From Tetramitus jugosus (taxonomy: Eukaryota > Protista > Heterolobosea), in contig OW569352.1 of the NCBI GenBank assembly GCA_937625935.1, positions 62,001 through 126,000 on the forward strand: a stretch of DNA of 64,000 bases. Reading direction: 5' to 3'. A program made the position numbers and the translations under genes. Below are positions 31,701 to 44,343 of this stretch, one piece after another. Under the pieces are notes generated by a model. That model was given only the letters and a program-made list of their open reading frames with translations. It made no database searches and was not told where the DNA came from. How positions within the stretch are numbered: position 1 is the stretch's first letter; each line of letters opens with the position of its first letter.

Positions 31701-34700
31701 TTCAGTTTCGAGCTGGTAATATTCCTGATTCATGTGCTGCAAATTTTTGCTTTCAGAATTGAGGTTGGAAACCATCTCACTCAGCCCTTTGACCTTTCGA
31801 TTCAAGGATAAGAAAAGATTGGAATATCTATCTTTAATTCTCTCTAAATCAACTTGAGACGACCCTACATGAGTTAAATGCTCATTGGCAGAGGAGGTAG
31901 CCTTTTCCAACAAAATCAAATCTCCATTCAGAAAATTTGAGATGTCTAATAAGAAGGAGTCCCATTCACTCGGAAGTAAAACGCATTGCTCTATCATCGA
32001 AGTTCTGAGAGAAAGAAGAAATTGGTACTTAGTTTGGGACTTTGGGATATCTACTCTCAACTTTTCAATTCTATTCAATTGGATCTCTGAATCATTAGGA
32101 GAGTTGCTCGAGAGAAGAGCAAACAGAGAAGAAATTTCTCCTCTTATCCATGAAGATAAGCTCACAGCACTATCAAACCATTGGCTCCTAATGGCGAGAA
32201 CATATTGAAATTGCTCAAGCAAGGCAGCATATTTAGTGTGTTTCTTTTTCATATATCTATCCATCTTGTCAATTCTTTTCTTCAAATCACTAGGTGTTGT
32301 TAAATCAAATTTGAGAGATATCCCCATTGATGTAAGTTTAGTCCAAGTTAGGGTCAGTTGTTTCAAGAGTAATGAGATTTGGACTCTCTGAGAAAAATAG
32401 AGATCGCACGACCATCGAGATGAGCAGATATTATCAACTGACTCATGGGATGTTTTGTGGCGTGAGTCTTCGTACCTTTGGGTCCATAAACTGATTGTTT
32501 GGAACAATGCAGAATATGTGGAAGAGAGTACTTCATACTTTTTTAGAATATCAAATTCTTGTCCCACAAAGGTAAATGTCACATCGACGTTCTTCAGAGT
32601 TGTGATGATAAGATCCTCCAACTGTTCCTCCTCTTGAACAATCTCTATATCGTCAAAAGATTCTAAGAGAGAAGAATATTGCGACAAGATTCTCAAGATA
32701 TGACTATTGTGAACACTGATTTGCTCCAATTTCTCTTCTGCTTCTCGGGCAGTATTAGACTCTTTCCTTAGGATATTAACTCGATTTGTGATGAGCTGTA
32801 GTTCTCCACAATACTCAACAAAATTTGATTCTAACAGTTTCTTCTTTTCTTCTGTTTCTTTTTCCTCTTCCTTCATATCTTTCGCTCTCTTAATAAACCG
32901 ATCAACGAGAAACAATGTACAATTCCAGTGATTTTCTATCAATTCAGAGTATACCTCTCCTCCAATTCTTTGAATAAAATCAACGAGAAGTTGAATTTCT
33001 ACTTTGGTTTCAGCTTGAAAAGATGAAAGGACAATCTCCATTGCTTCAGAGGATGAATTTGTTAAATGGCTGCACAACTGCTGTCGAATATCAGAATTTA
33101 GGATAATGAATTTTGCTATGGTATCTATCAACTGATCTCGTTGTTCTGTTGAACGATTCAACACATCAGACACCTCTGATACCATTTCTTCAATCTCCAA
33201 CAGAGTGTTGGACATGGTTTTCCAAAGATGGGATATCTTTTGTTGATACTGAGTTAAAGAAGGATCTGGATTGGATATTTGATGATATATTTGCTTCATG
33301 TTTTCGAATGTAATGAGCATTGACTCCTTCTGATTCGCGATGGATTTCAATTTCTCTTTGGTTAGGCAAAGTCTTGCTCGATTGTTCACTTTTGTAGCGA
33401 GCACAGAATTTAATTGATTGATACTCGAGTGTAACCATTCTTCTAGATTGTGAGAAGATATTTGTTGTATTTGATTCTTTCTCTCCTCATTGATTAAGAG
33501 TTCTTCCATTTGCTCTTCAATCATTCGAATGATTTGTCTACTCTGTTTTAACCACCTTATCCATTTTATCTCCACAGATCGAATTACTTCTTCGAGCTCT
33601 GTCCAGGTATTTTCTGATGACAAAGAGAGTTCAATATACAAACTAATAATTCTGACAAGATGGTTATACTGACCAATTTCATCATGAATTAACCTAGAGA
33701 TTTGTTCAAGAGTTTGCTCAGCACCTAGAATTTCGGAGATACATTGAACACGACCTTCAATGTGGCTTCCTTGATCGATCCATCTCGAAACATTTCTGAG
33801 TAACTCAACAATCTGCTTTGTTAGTTGTTTCTCTCGGTGGTGATCTGAGACTTGTTCGCGAGCCGGGCAAGGCAAGCATCTTTTAATTTTCCTTTTAAGA
33901 AGGGAAACAGGAAATACTTGGAGGGCCCTACCGGAGAGTTGGTGATCTATTTCTTCCAAGAATTGTGTCATTTTCGAGATAGATTCTTCCGCATCCGAAT
34001 GGATATTGATTTTCTCTCGGACACAATTATTCACTTGATCGAAGAGAACCAATGCTGCTTGTGCATAACTACTAGACAGTGATTTAAGATCTGTTTCTGT
34101 TCGGAGTAGAGATTCGAGCTCCGACATGATCCTACCATATTCTTGATTAAAATTATTAAGTAACTCTCTGAAATCACCCAAATGATTCTTAATTGACGAA
34201 GAAAGTATCCTCACCAACTCGCAGGAAGATTTGGGAGGAAATGTCCTGGAAACTACTTGTGCTGATAGGATTGAATGTTCTTTCAATGCCCGACAATCAT
34301 CCAATAGTGAGGTTAATATGCTGATTGGTGTTCTTCCATACAATTCTACTCCCCGCTGAACCTTGTTATTCTTCAATATTTCGTTGAGAGTTTTCATTCT
34401 TTCTATTTCGAAAGTAATACTCTGATCATAAATGAAGGAATCCTGATAATCTGCTTCAATATCGACGATAAGAACAGACAATAAGTGAAGTGTAGAGTAC
34501 GCATCGCTAACCAGAATTAGAATCCCCTGTTTATCAGGTTGATCGGGCAACGAATCTACTATTCCTTCGATTAGTTTTGTCTCCTGTTTTCGATGTTCAA
34601 CAAGTCGATGGCATTTCATTAAATCATCTACTGATTGGGCATTTTGAATGCAAGATTCAATTTCCTTTACTTTCGAAATCCAATCATGAATGAAAGTATG

Positions 34701-37700
34701 TTGCTCAGCAATCCATTTTAGTTGATCGGTCGAAAATGCTCGTTTTCTCATTTTCACTGATTGAACGGTATCCCGTTGCTCGAGGAGTTCAATCACATGT
34801 TGTTGTAGCCCTCTAAGAAATGCAACACCATACTCGATATTCTGAAAGTCTACATTCCGCTCAATACTTAGTCTCTCTAGCTCCTTCAATTGTTTCTCAA
34901 TTGATTCCAATTCGGACGAATATGCAGACTCTCCGTTCTGGATGACTATCTTTTCTCGTAGCTCCTCAATCTTGAGTAAAATTGAATTAGCGAATTCATT
35001 GTATTTTGATTCAAGCACTTGATCCTCTTTTGTTCTAACAACATCTCTTTTGATAGTTGTCAGACAATCCTTGACAAAATCTTTGGCTAATTCGATTTGT
35101 TCTATTATAGTTTTTACCACTCTAAAATCCTCGGCCCCACAATTCGTGGAATTGAAGAGAAGAGAGAAGGAGGAAAAGAATCCAATGGTTGACTGAAGAT
35201 CAGCTAGGTGAGTAAAAAGTTTCACTAAACTAATCTCCTTATGAGAGAAAATATCCTCTATGACCTTTTTGCGTTGAACGATCACTTCTACTTTCATTCT
35301 AAATCTATCAACAAGGCTCTTAATATCTGGAGACACAACTAAACGATCAATACAACACTCATCAATTAAACTGCTCGCTCGTTGGTGAAGTCCATTTAGC
35401 AAAGAATTCCAATAATCAGATATTGACTTTCCTTCCTCAGATTGGAACCGCGAGAAGTACCTGTATTCTATTAAATCAGGCGCACATGCCGATATCTCTG
35501 AGGAACAATCAATGATTTGTTGAAGATTATGGAATCTTGGGATAGAGTTCTCCTGTTTCAACACACACTCTTTAACAGAGTTCTGAAGTTGAGTCATTTG
35601 TTTCGGGGTTCTTACTAAGGTATCATCTCTTCTGACCGAACACCATATCCGCAGATACTTGGAAAAATACTCAGAAAACGATTCTAGAAAACGGTGTATG
35701 TCGACTGAATTGCTCCAAGTGTCTGGCGATATCAGATTGATGAAATCTGCGAACAATGATACCCGATCAACAAACACATTCTCTTTCATCATTGAATCGA
35801 CATGTAGCTGAGAATTAGGTGATGCTGAAAAACTCTCTGCCACAAGATCCACTAGACATTGAAGTTTCTGAACTTCTTTCTCGCTCAGTGATGAAGAATT
35901 GACTCTTTCCCTTACGAGCAGACAAACAATGTGTATTATATTTGATATCGACTCCCAATGATTCATGATGGCTTCGTAAGTAAAGATTGTAAACTGTTCG
36001 TCATTGTTTCTTTGTTCGTATTGGGTGGATATTTCTGTTTTTAGACTTTCCAGTACTTCAAGATCGGAGGTCAACTCTCGAACAATCGAATCTCCCTCTG
36101 TCGAACTGTCTGCAATAAACTTGAGTCTCTCCAATGTTCTCGTTACTCGAAACACTATCGCCATCAACTTCTTAATCGATTCATTGCGCTCAAGAAAGAT
36201 CATGTCAGTTTCATCGATTAAGGACTCTTTCTTCATCACAAGAAGTTTCAAATCGTTATAAAACCGCTCAAGATCAGTCGCCGAAGGAAGATTAGGATCA
36301 TCACTATGTAATTCGGTCATTTGCTTCTCTATCTCTTTCAGTATTTTCAAAGTAGATTCTTTTAAAGACAAATCCTCTCGGACAGTTGGCAGGATGGCGT
36401 TAATGTATGGTGGATCAATAGCACTAGAGCTGAGTAAAACCATTGAATAAGCAATCGACAATCCTAATTCATCAGCTAACAGTCGGTACTTTACTCTCAA
36501 CGCTTCACTTTCAATGTGCTTCGTCATCGCTTCTGCAAGTCTAGCCTGTTGTTGACTAGTGGACATGACAAGATGGGATAATGACCTTTCTAAATTATGA
36601 ATCTCATAACTAATCGTTTTCTTCTGGTGAACGCGATTGTACATTAGTTTTAAATTACTTAACCTCGCTTTGACTTGTGAGGTGGTAATTGATATAGACA
36701 CTGTCATATCGTGTCTCTCCTGAATGTCTTGTAAGGAATTATTGTCGTCGATGGAATTTATCTCAACTAACCCACTGGCCAACTTCTGAATGTGCTCCTG
36801 TATCACTGAATATTGGGTCTGATAGGACAACGATAGGTAGGTTTGGAACATAATCATCGCAGAGGCTGTGACAAGATTTGCATTGAATTTCATTTCATGA
36901 GGCAAAAGAAACCCGAAAGAGTTGAGCAGTCGCGGAAGAGAAAGATGTCCTGGAGGCTCATAGGGGTCGAACTTATTCCTGCACATGGTTAATATCCTCA
37001 AATTATGGTCACACTCAAATAATCGAACGACCATCTGAACAACTCTCAGTTTCTCTTTTCGATACTTTTGAAATTGTCGAATCAATCTTTCTACATCGTC
37101 ATCTGACTGAGGTTTTGAGGACTCGACTCCTTTCAAAAAAATTTCAAACCGTTTCATCGTATCTGATATTGTCATGGAAACATCATAATATTCTTGTTGA
37201 AGGCTCATATAAAACACCTTTCGTCGAATGCCAGCAGCCACCTCTCGCGACTCGAAAGTTGACTAGTATGTCGATATGTATTAGAACAGGATCATAGTAA
37301 TCTAGAAGTACAAGTTGTTGTATCTTACCGATGAGATGTGAGCAATCTCCACAAACAACATGGATAAAAAGAGTAGTATGGTGCTTCTATTGATGTTAAA
37401 ATTTTGAATTATGTGACTGATATTGAACTGATGGAATGAAACTTCAAATGCTTGTTTCAGGTTGGATTGGGGATCATGCTATTGTTTGAGTCAGTACACA
37501 ACTTTCTCGCTTAACATTTGAAATAGGGCGTATACATACCCTGTGAACAGAGTTAAGGTCAATATGTTCTGGAGAGTAGGAATGTAGAATATAGCAAAAA
37601 GCAACACCACTATAAAATCCCTCGTCAAAATCAATTTTCTCTGCAGCACCACCCGGATACACAGAAATACAATCCTTACACCAAGCTGATAAAGCATCTT

Positions 37701-38325
37701 CTCCCACCTGATCCTTCCATTTGATCAAATCAGCTTCAAGCACAAACTTTTGGAACAAGAGAGAAAATAGATCATTCACAGTATCTATGTCAGTCATTAA
37801 ACTTTCCGCTGAAACATCTAGATCATCAATGTCCAAGCTAAACTCCTCTCGTAGAATATTCAATAACAAGTTCAAGTTCTGAATCATTTGAATCTCATAC
37901 ATTACATCTTTCTTGAGCAGTGCTACATAGGTATCTTTCTTCTGTTTCAATAAGATTTCCATAAGATATCCTAGAAATATTCCCTCTGAAACTTGGTCGA
38001 AAGGAAAAGAGAGCCTTTTCAGCACTGCTTTTGCAGTATCATGAACAATGATGTCGCTGGTAGCTTGAAATTTCGAGTGCTTTGTTTCTTGTTCCTCAGC
38101 CAACTCTTCTAAAATCTCTTTTTCATACATTGACTCAAGAACAGATGATGAATAACCCTTTGCATAACGTTCCTCTAACTTTTTTGCTTTTAACAGATAG
38201 AGGTAAAGCAAAGGTTCCTTTTCTTCTGATATTGAATCCAGGGAGTACTCGCGAAGTAACAACCAATGGGCCCACTTCTCAAAAGCTCTGCAGTCGTCAA
38301 TCTCCTTGGAGTTTCTTTCAGCCAT
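28761..38325 (-). CDS. Giant (~3,145 aa) alpha-actinin/spectrin-like protein; exons 38325-37540, 37478-37329, 37262-28761
   Basis: CH domain (ALSAWCK...FYSGVAFCYILHSYSPEHID...NLKQAF) restored by two phase-0 GT-AG introns; long helical rod with periodic Trp; C-terminal degenerate EF-hands. Confidence 0.75.
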
Positions 38326-38542
38326 GTTCAGTTCCCAACAGGTGCACTCTTGATCTCTTCAAACAAGATTTCAAACGCAAGAACATAAAAGTCTTTTTTG
38401 TTTGGCGCCTTAGGAAACGGCTGTTTACTGTTGTTGTGCTCTGTTGTTTCAAATTTTTGACACTGTTTTGCCTAGATGCGTTGATCACGCATGGTCCACA
38501 TGTTGGAGACCCAAACTCAACCCAAAACCGAAGATTGACCTC

Positions 38543-39580
38543 TTAGTCCTCATTCTGTACATAGCGATACTCTTTAGCAAATTTTTGGAATAAGAGTCCA
38601 AAATAGCGGTCAACCCTCTCCAGTGAGCCAAACCGCTCTTGGTCAATCTTGGAAGCGCGTATCTTGCTGTTATACTCCTCTGCACCATTGTACACTAATC
38701 GAACGGACACAAAATCGAGAGGAACCATATCTACACTGTACATGTTGAACCGTCGTTGGAATGTAAAAATAACGGACCAACGGAACAAGAACCATTGGAG
38801 TAGTTGGTGTTCCTGCTCCATTTTGTGCATGACTCTCTCACCTCGATTGTGGGTCACAGTTACCGTTTGTTTCGTCCATTCGTCCTGGGCTGGCTCATCC
38901 TTGACCTGTATATTGATTAGCCAATCCTTGTCCTTGTACTCTTTTTGACACTTGTTCTGTATCATTTGTTTCAGAAAAATGACAGATTGAGCAATGGCAC
39001 TCTGATTGCAAGCTCTAAGCACCTGAAACAGCGCATGATCCTCCGTAAACGTATCAATAATCACTCTCTGTAACCACTCGTGGTTCTCAACATCATTTTG
39101 ATGACAATTCTCAAAAAACGACTTCATTATTCTCTTCTTGTCTCCATAGAAAGCGTCACCATGATCACTCATCACAACAGGAGCAACAACAGACAGAGAA
39201 GAACTCGAGCAATGTTGTGTTGGCGGCACTGCTACAATGGGTTGTGATAGCTGTGTCGATACTATTTGCTTCCTGTTGTTGGCTCCCACAGGCGTTAAGC
39301 TATCATACAGCAGACCAATAATTTCCTGTAATCGATCACCTAGTTCGCTCAATTGCGGAGAAATTTTTTGTCCGTTGATCGTCATTTTACCCATGAGTCG
39401 CGGAAGGTCCTTGCCCACGGGCATCATACTCGCATTGTTTTGAACAATGACATTAAAAGTGGCAATGGCAGCTTTTTGAAAGGTAAACGGTGGTGGAGCA
39501 TCTTCGTCTCTATCCGAGTCCAACAGAAGATGTTCCTTGCTGCTGTTGGAGCTCCACTTTTGAAATGGACTGCATGACAT
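38543..39580 (-). CDS. Hypothetical protein (C-terminus reminiscent of the amoebal GlfB-C-like domain)
   Basis: 345-aa ORF; RACNQ...WLINI...VTVTH.R.E...FRW pattern; family call tentative. Confidence 0.6.
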   Translation of the reverse strand: MSCSPFQKWSSNSSKEHLLLDSDRDEDAPPPFTFQKAAIATFNVIVQNNASMMPVGKDLPRLMGKMTINGQKISPQLSELGDRLQEIIGLLYDSLTPVGANNRKQIVSTQLSQPIVAVPPTQHCSSSSLSVVAPVVMSDHGDAFYGDKKRIMKSFFENCHQNDVENHEWLQRVIIDTFTEDHALFQVLRACNQSAIAQSVIFLKQMIQNKCQKEYKDKDWLINIQVKDEPAQDEWTKQTVTVTHNRGERVMHKMEQEHQLLQWFLFRWSVIFTFQRRFNMYSVDMVPLDFVSVRLVYNGAEEYNSKIRASKIDQERFGSLERVDRYFGLLFQKFAKEYRYVQNED

Positions 39581-39959
39581 GATGTTGCGGTTGTTGGTTT
39601 GTTGTGATGTAGTTTGTTTGGGTTATTGTTTTTAATTTTGTTTCGTCGTTGCGAAAAAGAAAATCGGCTCTCACTCAGTTACTAGGGTATGTGGACTAGT
39701 GGGAACACTCAGGAAAGCGGTACGGAAGTGAGTGTATGAACGAGTCGGTTTTGTTGGGTGGTTTTGTTTCTTCTTGTCGTTTTGAGCTCTCGCTGTTTCT
39801 GTTGAACAATAACGTTGGGAGTGCAAATCTGTTTTGGGTGTTCGTGAAAGATGATAAGCAATCGAGCGCTGCTCTCTAACCGTTTTTCTGTTGATGTTCT
39901 TTGTCGGGAAAAAGAACCAGTTCTCAACAAAAAAAGAGAAAACGTCACTCGGAGTGCTC

Positions 39960-40039
39960 GATTGAACCAGGTAGGTTAAATCGTGGCATGAGCGCGTCCT
40001 TGGCAGTTGGCCAACTCATGCCACGGCACTGGTTCAATC
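39960..40039. other. Long imperfect hairpin, candidate structured RNA or foldback element
   Basis: GATTGAACCAG/CTGGTTCAATC and CGTGGCATGAG/CTCATGCCACG perfect 11-bp inverted pairs plus inner TTGGC/GCCAA. Confidence 0.5.
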
Positions 40040-40090
40040 CAATTCCCGCGCTCGCGCAAAAATATTATGGCCGATATCACTGAATATATA

Positions 40091-40163
40091 GCCGTCGTAG
40101 CTCAGCTGGAAGAGCACTGGACTTCTAATCCAGTGGTCGCGGGTTCGAGTCCCGTCGTCGGTA
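40091..40163 (+). tRNA. tRNA-Arg(TCT)
   Basis: Cloverleaf, anticodon loop CT-TCT-AA, TTCGAGT, T6 terminator; identical to 60706-60778. Confidence 0.95.
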
Positions 40164-40199
40164 CTTTTTTATCAGAAAGAACCTTTATTGTATTGGTGT

Positions 40200-40463
40200 T
40201 CATTCTCTGCTCGTTTGATGCTTTCCACCAATATCATTAAGCTTTGATAGAATTTTCTCTCCTCTTGTTTTTGGTTGTTCTGGTTGCTCTCTCAACTTTC
40301 TATCTTGTTCTGCACCCGGTCTCCCAAAAATTTCATCCAAAGATTGTCTCTCTTCAGACTTTGGTTTTTCTTCTCTTTTGGTGTATCCTCTGTTGATCGC
40401 TACAATTCTTGCAGGTTGTGGATGTGCCTTGACAAGGGATCTGGTTAATGCGAGTCTGATCAT
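40200..40463 (-). CDS. Small protein with mitochondrial-presequence-like N-terminus
   Basis: MIRLALTRSLVKAHPQPARIVAINRGY followed by a charged helix; 87 aa. Confidence 0.5.
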   Translation of the reverse strand: MIRLALTRSLVKAHPQPARIVAINRGYTKREEKPKSEERQSLDEIFGRPGAEQDRKLREQPEQPKTRGEKILSKLNDIGGKHQTSRE

Positions 40464-40837
40464 CGTAACTGCTGCTGTGTAGTAAGTTTGGTTCGTGTTT
40501 CAGTCTTTCAATAAATATGATGATGGAAACAACCACCAAGAGATCTCGCTTCAATCATGGTTGTATCCGACAATTTTCTCTCAAAATATCAACCTGGAAT
40601 CCTTTTTTTTGGAATACAACACACTTTACAAAACCTGCCAAGGTGACCAAATAGTGACACCATTGCCCCTAAAATCCATCTTACAAGACTCCCTATCTAC
40701 ATCTCAACCAAGCTGTTCAACTGCTCTCTACGGTAATGTACACGAACCGTAATGATTTCTCCTCCTTTATTTTTTTCACACCACAACAGAAACAAAACCG
40801 AAAAAACCAAACACAAAATACGACAACAAACAAAAAC

Positions 40838-41869
40838 ATGTCCACTGCACATTCAAATGACCACGGTTCCCATGGTAGTGTCACATCCAAAAAAAGAAAA
40901 CGTTTCTTTGACTATCAAAAAATGAGAAAAGACCGAGTCAATTACAAGAGAAGCAAGTGTACCAACAATAACAATGATAACAATAACAACAACAACAATC
41001 AGAATCATAAGAATGATAATGATTGGGTAAATGCAAATAATAACAATAGTGAATACAATAAGAAGAGAAGCGGGAAAATTCAAAAAATGATCAAGAAATG
41101 GAAGCTTTATTCGAATGGATGGGAACCTGTTGCTCAGACCAATCTCATTCCCATTCGAGTCCCATTGTCCTCCCACAGCAGTTCTTTTATTCTCAAGGAT
41201 TTTTGCCGCGAACAACAAAACTCCGCCAATCGGAAAATTTCATGGATTATTGATTTGACCAACGTCATGGATGAAGCATTGTATTATGGTGAGCGTGATA
41301 TACCAGATGGTGTCTCCCGTATCAGAATCAAGTGTCCTGGTCATGATACTGCACCCTCTCTCTCTCAAACCAATCAATTTTTGTCCGCCGTAGAAGATTG
41401 TTTGCGAAAAACTCCGACTGACTTTATTTTGGTTCATTGTACGCATGGGTTGAACCGAACGGGCTTTTTGTTGTGTGAATACTTGTTGAACAAGGGTATT
41501 TGTTCGTCAGTGAGTGAAGCGATTCAAGCGTTTCAAGATGCGCGCAAAGAAACGATTACAAAAAATTATGTGCTTCATGAGCTGGATAGGAGACACTCGA
41601 CGACGACAACAAGGATAACAGCTTTTGGTGCTCAAAATTCGGCAGTCTCTACAACTATGACGACGACGACGGAGAAGAAAATGGAAGCAATAGATGTGAT
41701 GAAGCAAAAGGAAACAATGACGACGTTGTTGAAATCAGAGGGCACGAGTATTTTAATAGAGAAAGACAGTTTAGTGTCAAAGCAGGAGAGCAAGGTTACA
41801 ACGAATGAACAAACGAAACGGAACAAGAAGCCAAAAGGCAAGAAAAAGAAAAAGTTACGGTCCAAATAA
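40838..41869 (+). CDS. Cys-based RNA 5'-triphosphatase / DUSP11-like phosphatase
   Basis: IIDLTN, IKCPGH, VHCTHGLNRTG; no guanylyltransferase domain. Confidence 0.88.
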   Translation: MSTAHSNDHGSHGSVTSKKRKRFFDYQKMRKDRVNYKRSKCTNNNNDNNNNNNNQNHKNDNDWVNANNNNSEYNKKRSGKIQKMIKKWKLYSNGWEPVAQTNLIPIRVPLSSHSSSFILKDFCREQQNSANRKISWIIDLTNVMDEALYYGERDIPDGVSRIRIKCPGHDTAPSLSQTNQFLSAVEDCLRKTPTDFILVHCTHGLNRTGFLLCEYLLNKGICSSVSEAIQAFQDARKETITKNYVLHELDRRHSTTTTRITAFGAQNSAVSTTMTTTTEKKMEAIDVMKQKETMTTLLKSEGTSILIEKDSLVSKQESKVTTNEQTKRNKKPKGKKKKKLRSK

Positions 41870-41926
41870 ATATCATATATGGACAAAATATGTAATTTAA
41901 ATGTTGTAATAAATGTGTGAAGTATG

Positions 41927-42961
41927 TTACAAACCCAATAGGATGAATACAAGGCTAACGAGCAAGACAAACATGGATGTGCCATTGTTTGCAATATTGA
42001 TGGATGCGCCCGTGGATGCCATTGTCAAATTTCGAATGAAATCAACTGAATTGGTGACAAATGAAATGGCCTTGTCATGATTCTCCTTTAGCGCCCAATT
42101 GTCAGCTCCACTTAGTAACTCTAACTGAATTGAATGGTCTTTCAATCGCTGAGAAAAGGCAGCCAACTGCACCCTTGTGTCCTCATTGAGCAAGAGCGCT
42201 CTTGATTCAAAGTACACTCTTCGAATCTTGTTTCTCTGTTGACTCACATATGCAAAGAAATTGTCTTGCTTCACTTGGTCAAACGCGACTTCATAATCCC
42301 ACAGGTACAGATCTCTGACGGGTGAAGTTGACGGAATCGAACAAGTCGGATTCATCACCTTCCAAGTATCGTAGTAATGAACTGCCACTCCATCAAACGA
42401 GCTCTCACCCTTGAACGCAGCATAAATCTCGGTCAGAGCACCCTCAAACTGTGCACTTGTCTGATTGAAAAAGGTGGCCATGGGTTCTTTCGGTAGTTCC
42501 ATCGTTTCAAACGCCAACACGACTCTTCTCTTTTCGGAAGCAGGTCTCGAATTGCCATATGAAACTTCACCTGTACCATCGCTAATGGCTCTGCTTGCTG
42601 AATTGACATAGTCCATCACGACTATATTGCTCTTGTCCTGTATCCATTCGTTCAGTGGTCTTGTTTGACTGTTTCGAGTGACATTGACATATGTGTCGAA
42701 CCATCGAGGAATAGCAAACACCAGGGGAATCTTGGGTGGTGCAGTTAGCTCTACCAACTTTTCAATCAAGTCCAGAAACTGATTCGCAACAGAGTTCGTG
42801 TCATTGTCCCACTGTGGAAGCGAATAGGGCTCAATATCGAGCTGAATACCAACTGGTGGTGCAGTTGCAAGAGTTATGGTGGTATTTGCTGCCATCAATA
42901 TGATCAACAGCAAGGACAAAAAGAAGATGCATGACGAGCGATTGTGAGCTGATGCCTTCAT
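41927..42961 (-). CDS. Secreted/GPI-anchored bacterial-type TIM-barrel (glycoside-hydrolase-like) protein
   Basis: Signal peptide; GIQLDIEPY, IPRWFD, VMDY, AFET, GVAVHYY; hydrophobic C-terminus. Confidence 0.7.
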   Translation of the reverse strand: MKASAHNRSSCIFFLSLLLIILMAANTTITLATAPPVGIQLDIEPYSLPQWDNDTNSVANQFLDLIEKLVELTAPPKIPLVFAIPRWFDTYVNVTRNSQTRPLNEWIQDKSNIVVMDYVNSASRAISDGTGEVSYGNSRPASEKRRVVLAFETMELPKEPMATFFNQTSAQFEGALTEIYAAFKGESSFDGVAVHYYDTWKVMNPTCSIPSTSPVRDLYLWDYEVAFDQVKQDNFFAYVSQQRNKIRRVYFESRALLLNEDTRVQLAAFSQRLKDHSIQLELLSGADNWALKENHDKAISFVTNSVDFIRNLTMASTGASINIANNGTSMFVLLVSLVFILLGL

Positions 42962-43087
42962 TGCCCATCATGCCGTTGATACAAGCGAACGGACGAATTT
43001 TGTTCGAATGGTCGTTTATAATCGTTGTTGTTGAGAGGGAAAACTGTGTTTTGTTGTTTTGGTGTTCACATGAAATATGTTCATTCC

Positions 43088-44051
43088 TTAAGCAGATTTG
43101 CTGCTGTCTTCTTCAGCTTCTTCCTGAACCAATGCATGATAGTTGTAAGAGTACTTGCACTTGCCACCGTATTCTTCAATCAATTGATCCTTGTCCACGT
43201 ACTTGTCCAAAATCTCTTCCAGTTCCTTGTTGCCTCCCTTGACCATGACATACTTGTCAATGGTTTCCTGGGCCAAGAATGGCTTGACAAAGCTCCAAAT
43301 CATGCTCAATGTCCATCCAACATTAATGACCATACAGCGAGCCAAACGTTCAGTGTAATAGTCACCCAACTTGACAAACATGTCCTTCATGGCCTTGACA
43401 ACACCAAGAGACAATGAAGAGTCCTTCATGTCAACGACCCATAGAATATTGGTCACACCAGGTGCCATTCTAGCCACACACTTCTCCATAATGTAGACAA
43501 AGAACTTGAATTTGAGCAGTTTGTTCTCTTCGGTAATGTCAGACTTGTCCTTGCCCATCTGAATGTAGATGATTGGTCTAGATTGTCTGTCATAGCCATA
43601 GTGATACAAGAAACCGTACTTTGCAACGTTTTCAACATCCTTCAATCGAATATTCCATGGCTTATACTCACGTCTCCATGCCAAAGTTTCCTTTAGTTGT
43701 TCAGAAGCAATCTTCAAGTCCCACTTGAGACCACTCAAGTATCTTTATGTGTTGTGTAGAAATGTTGTGTGTGTGAGCTTTTTCTGTTGTTTGATCATAA
43801 AAAACGCGATTCTTCTCTTGTTGATTTTTTTTTGTGCGTTCAACAAAAAAAACATACCTGTACAAGCACAAGTCATCAACAAATGTCTTGTCTTCTTCAG
43901 TGAGTTCCCACTGTTCAGCAATGCTTCTCAGATCATTCAAAATCTTTTTTTGTTCGTCAGTGAGACGGTTCACTGGTGATTCAGCTGGTCCAGGAACTAC
44001 GCCATAGTTCTTGTCACTGCCTCTTGGCACTAAGTATGGATTTGTTGACAT
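43088..44051 (-). CDS. CRAL-TRIO/Sec14 lipid-transfer protein; intron 43857-43743
   Basis: DLCLYRYL, TLAWR, GYDRQSRPI, YYTERL, IWSFVKPFL, LIEEYGG; GTATGT...AAG intron restores the frame. Confidence 0.93.
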
Positions 44052-44343
44052 TGTTTATGTTGTTGTTGTTGTTGAAAACAGGGTGATGATGTTTGTTGTG
44101 TTTTTTTCGGTGTGGTGGGCGAAGTTGTTGTTAGCTGTTGCTTGTTCGCAAAGATGATTTGTGTGGCACACAAAGGGGGGTGGAAAGAATCAAAGCAGAT
44201 TTGACTCCTGGTAAAGAGACGTAGAATTTTGGCGCGATCCCGAGTTATTTTTGAACTTGACGCCCTGGGAACCGCCACGGAAAATTGTAAACCAATTGTA
44301 AAAATCTCACAATAATGATATTTTCATTGTTGTCTTTATACAT

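Noticed and set aside
39966-39982. U1-like ACCTACCTGG on the minus strand
   Set aside because: Imperfect match to ACTTACCTGG, internal to a hairpin, and no U1 stem-loops or Sm site follow
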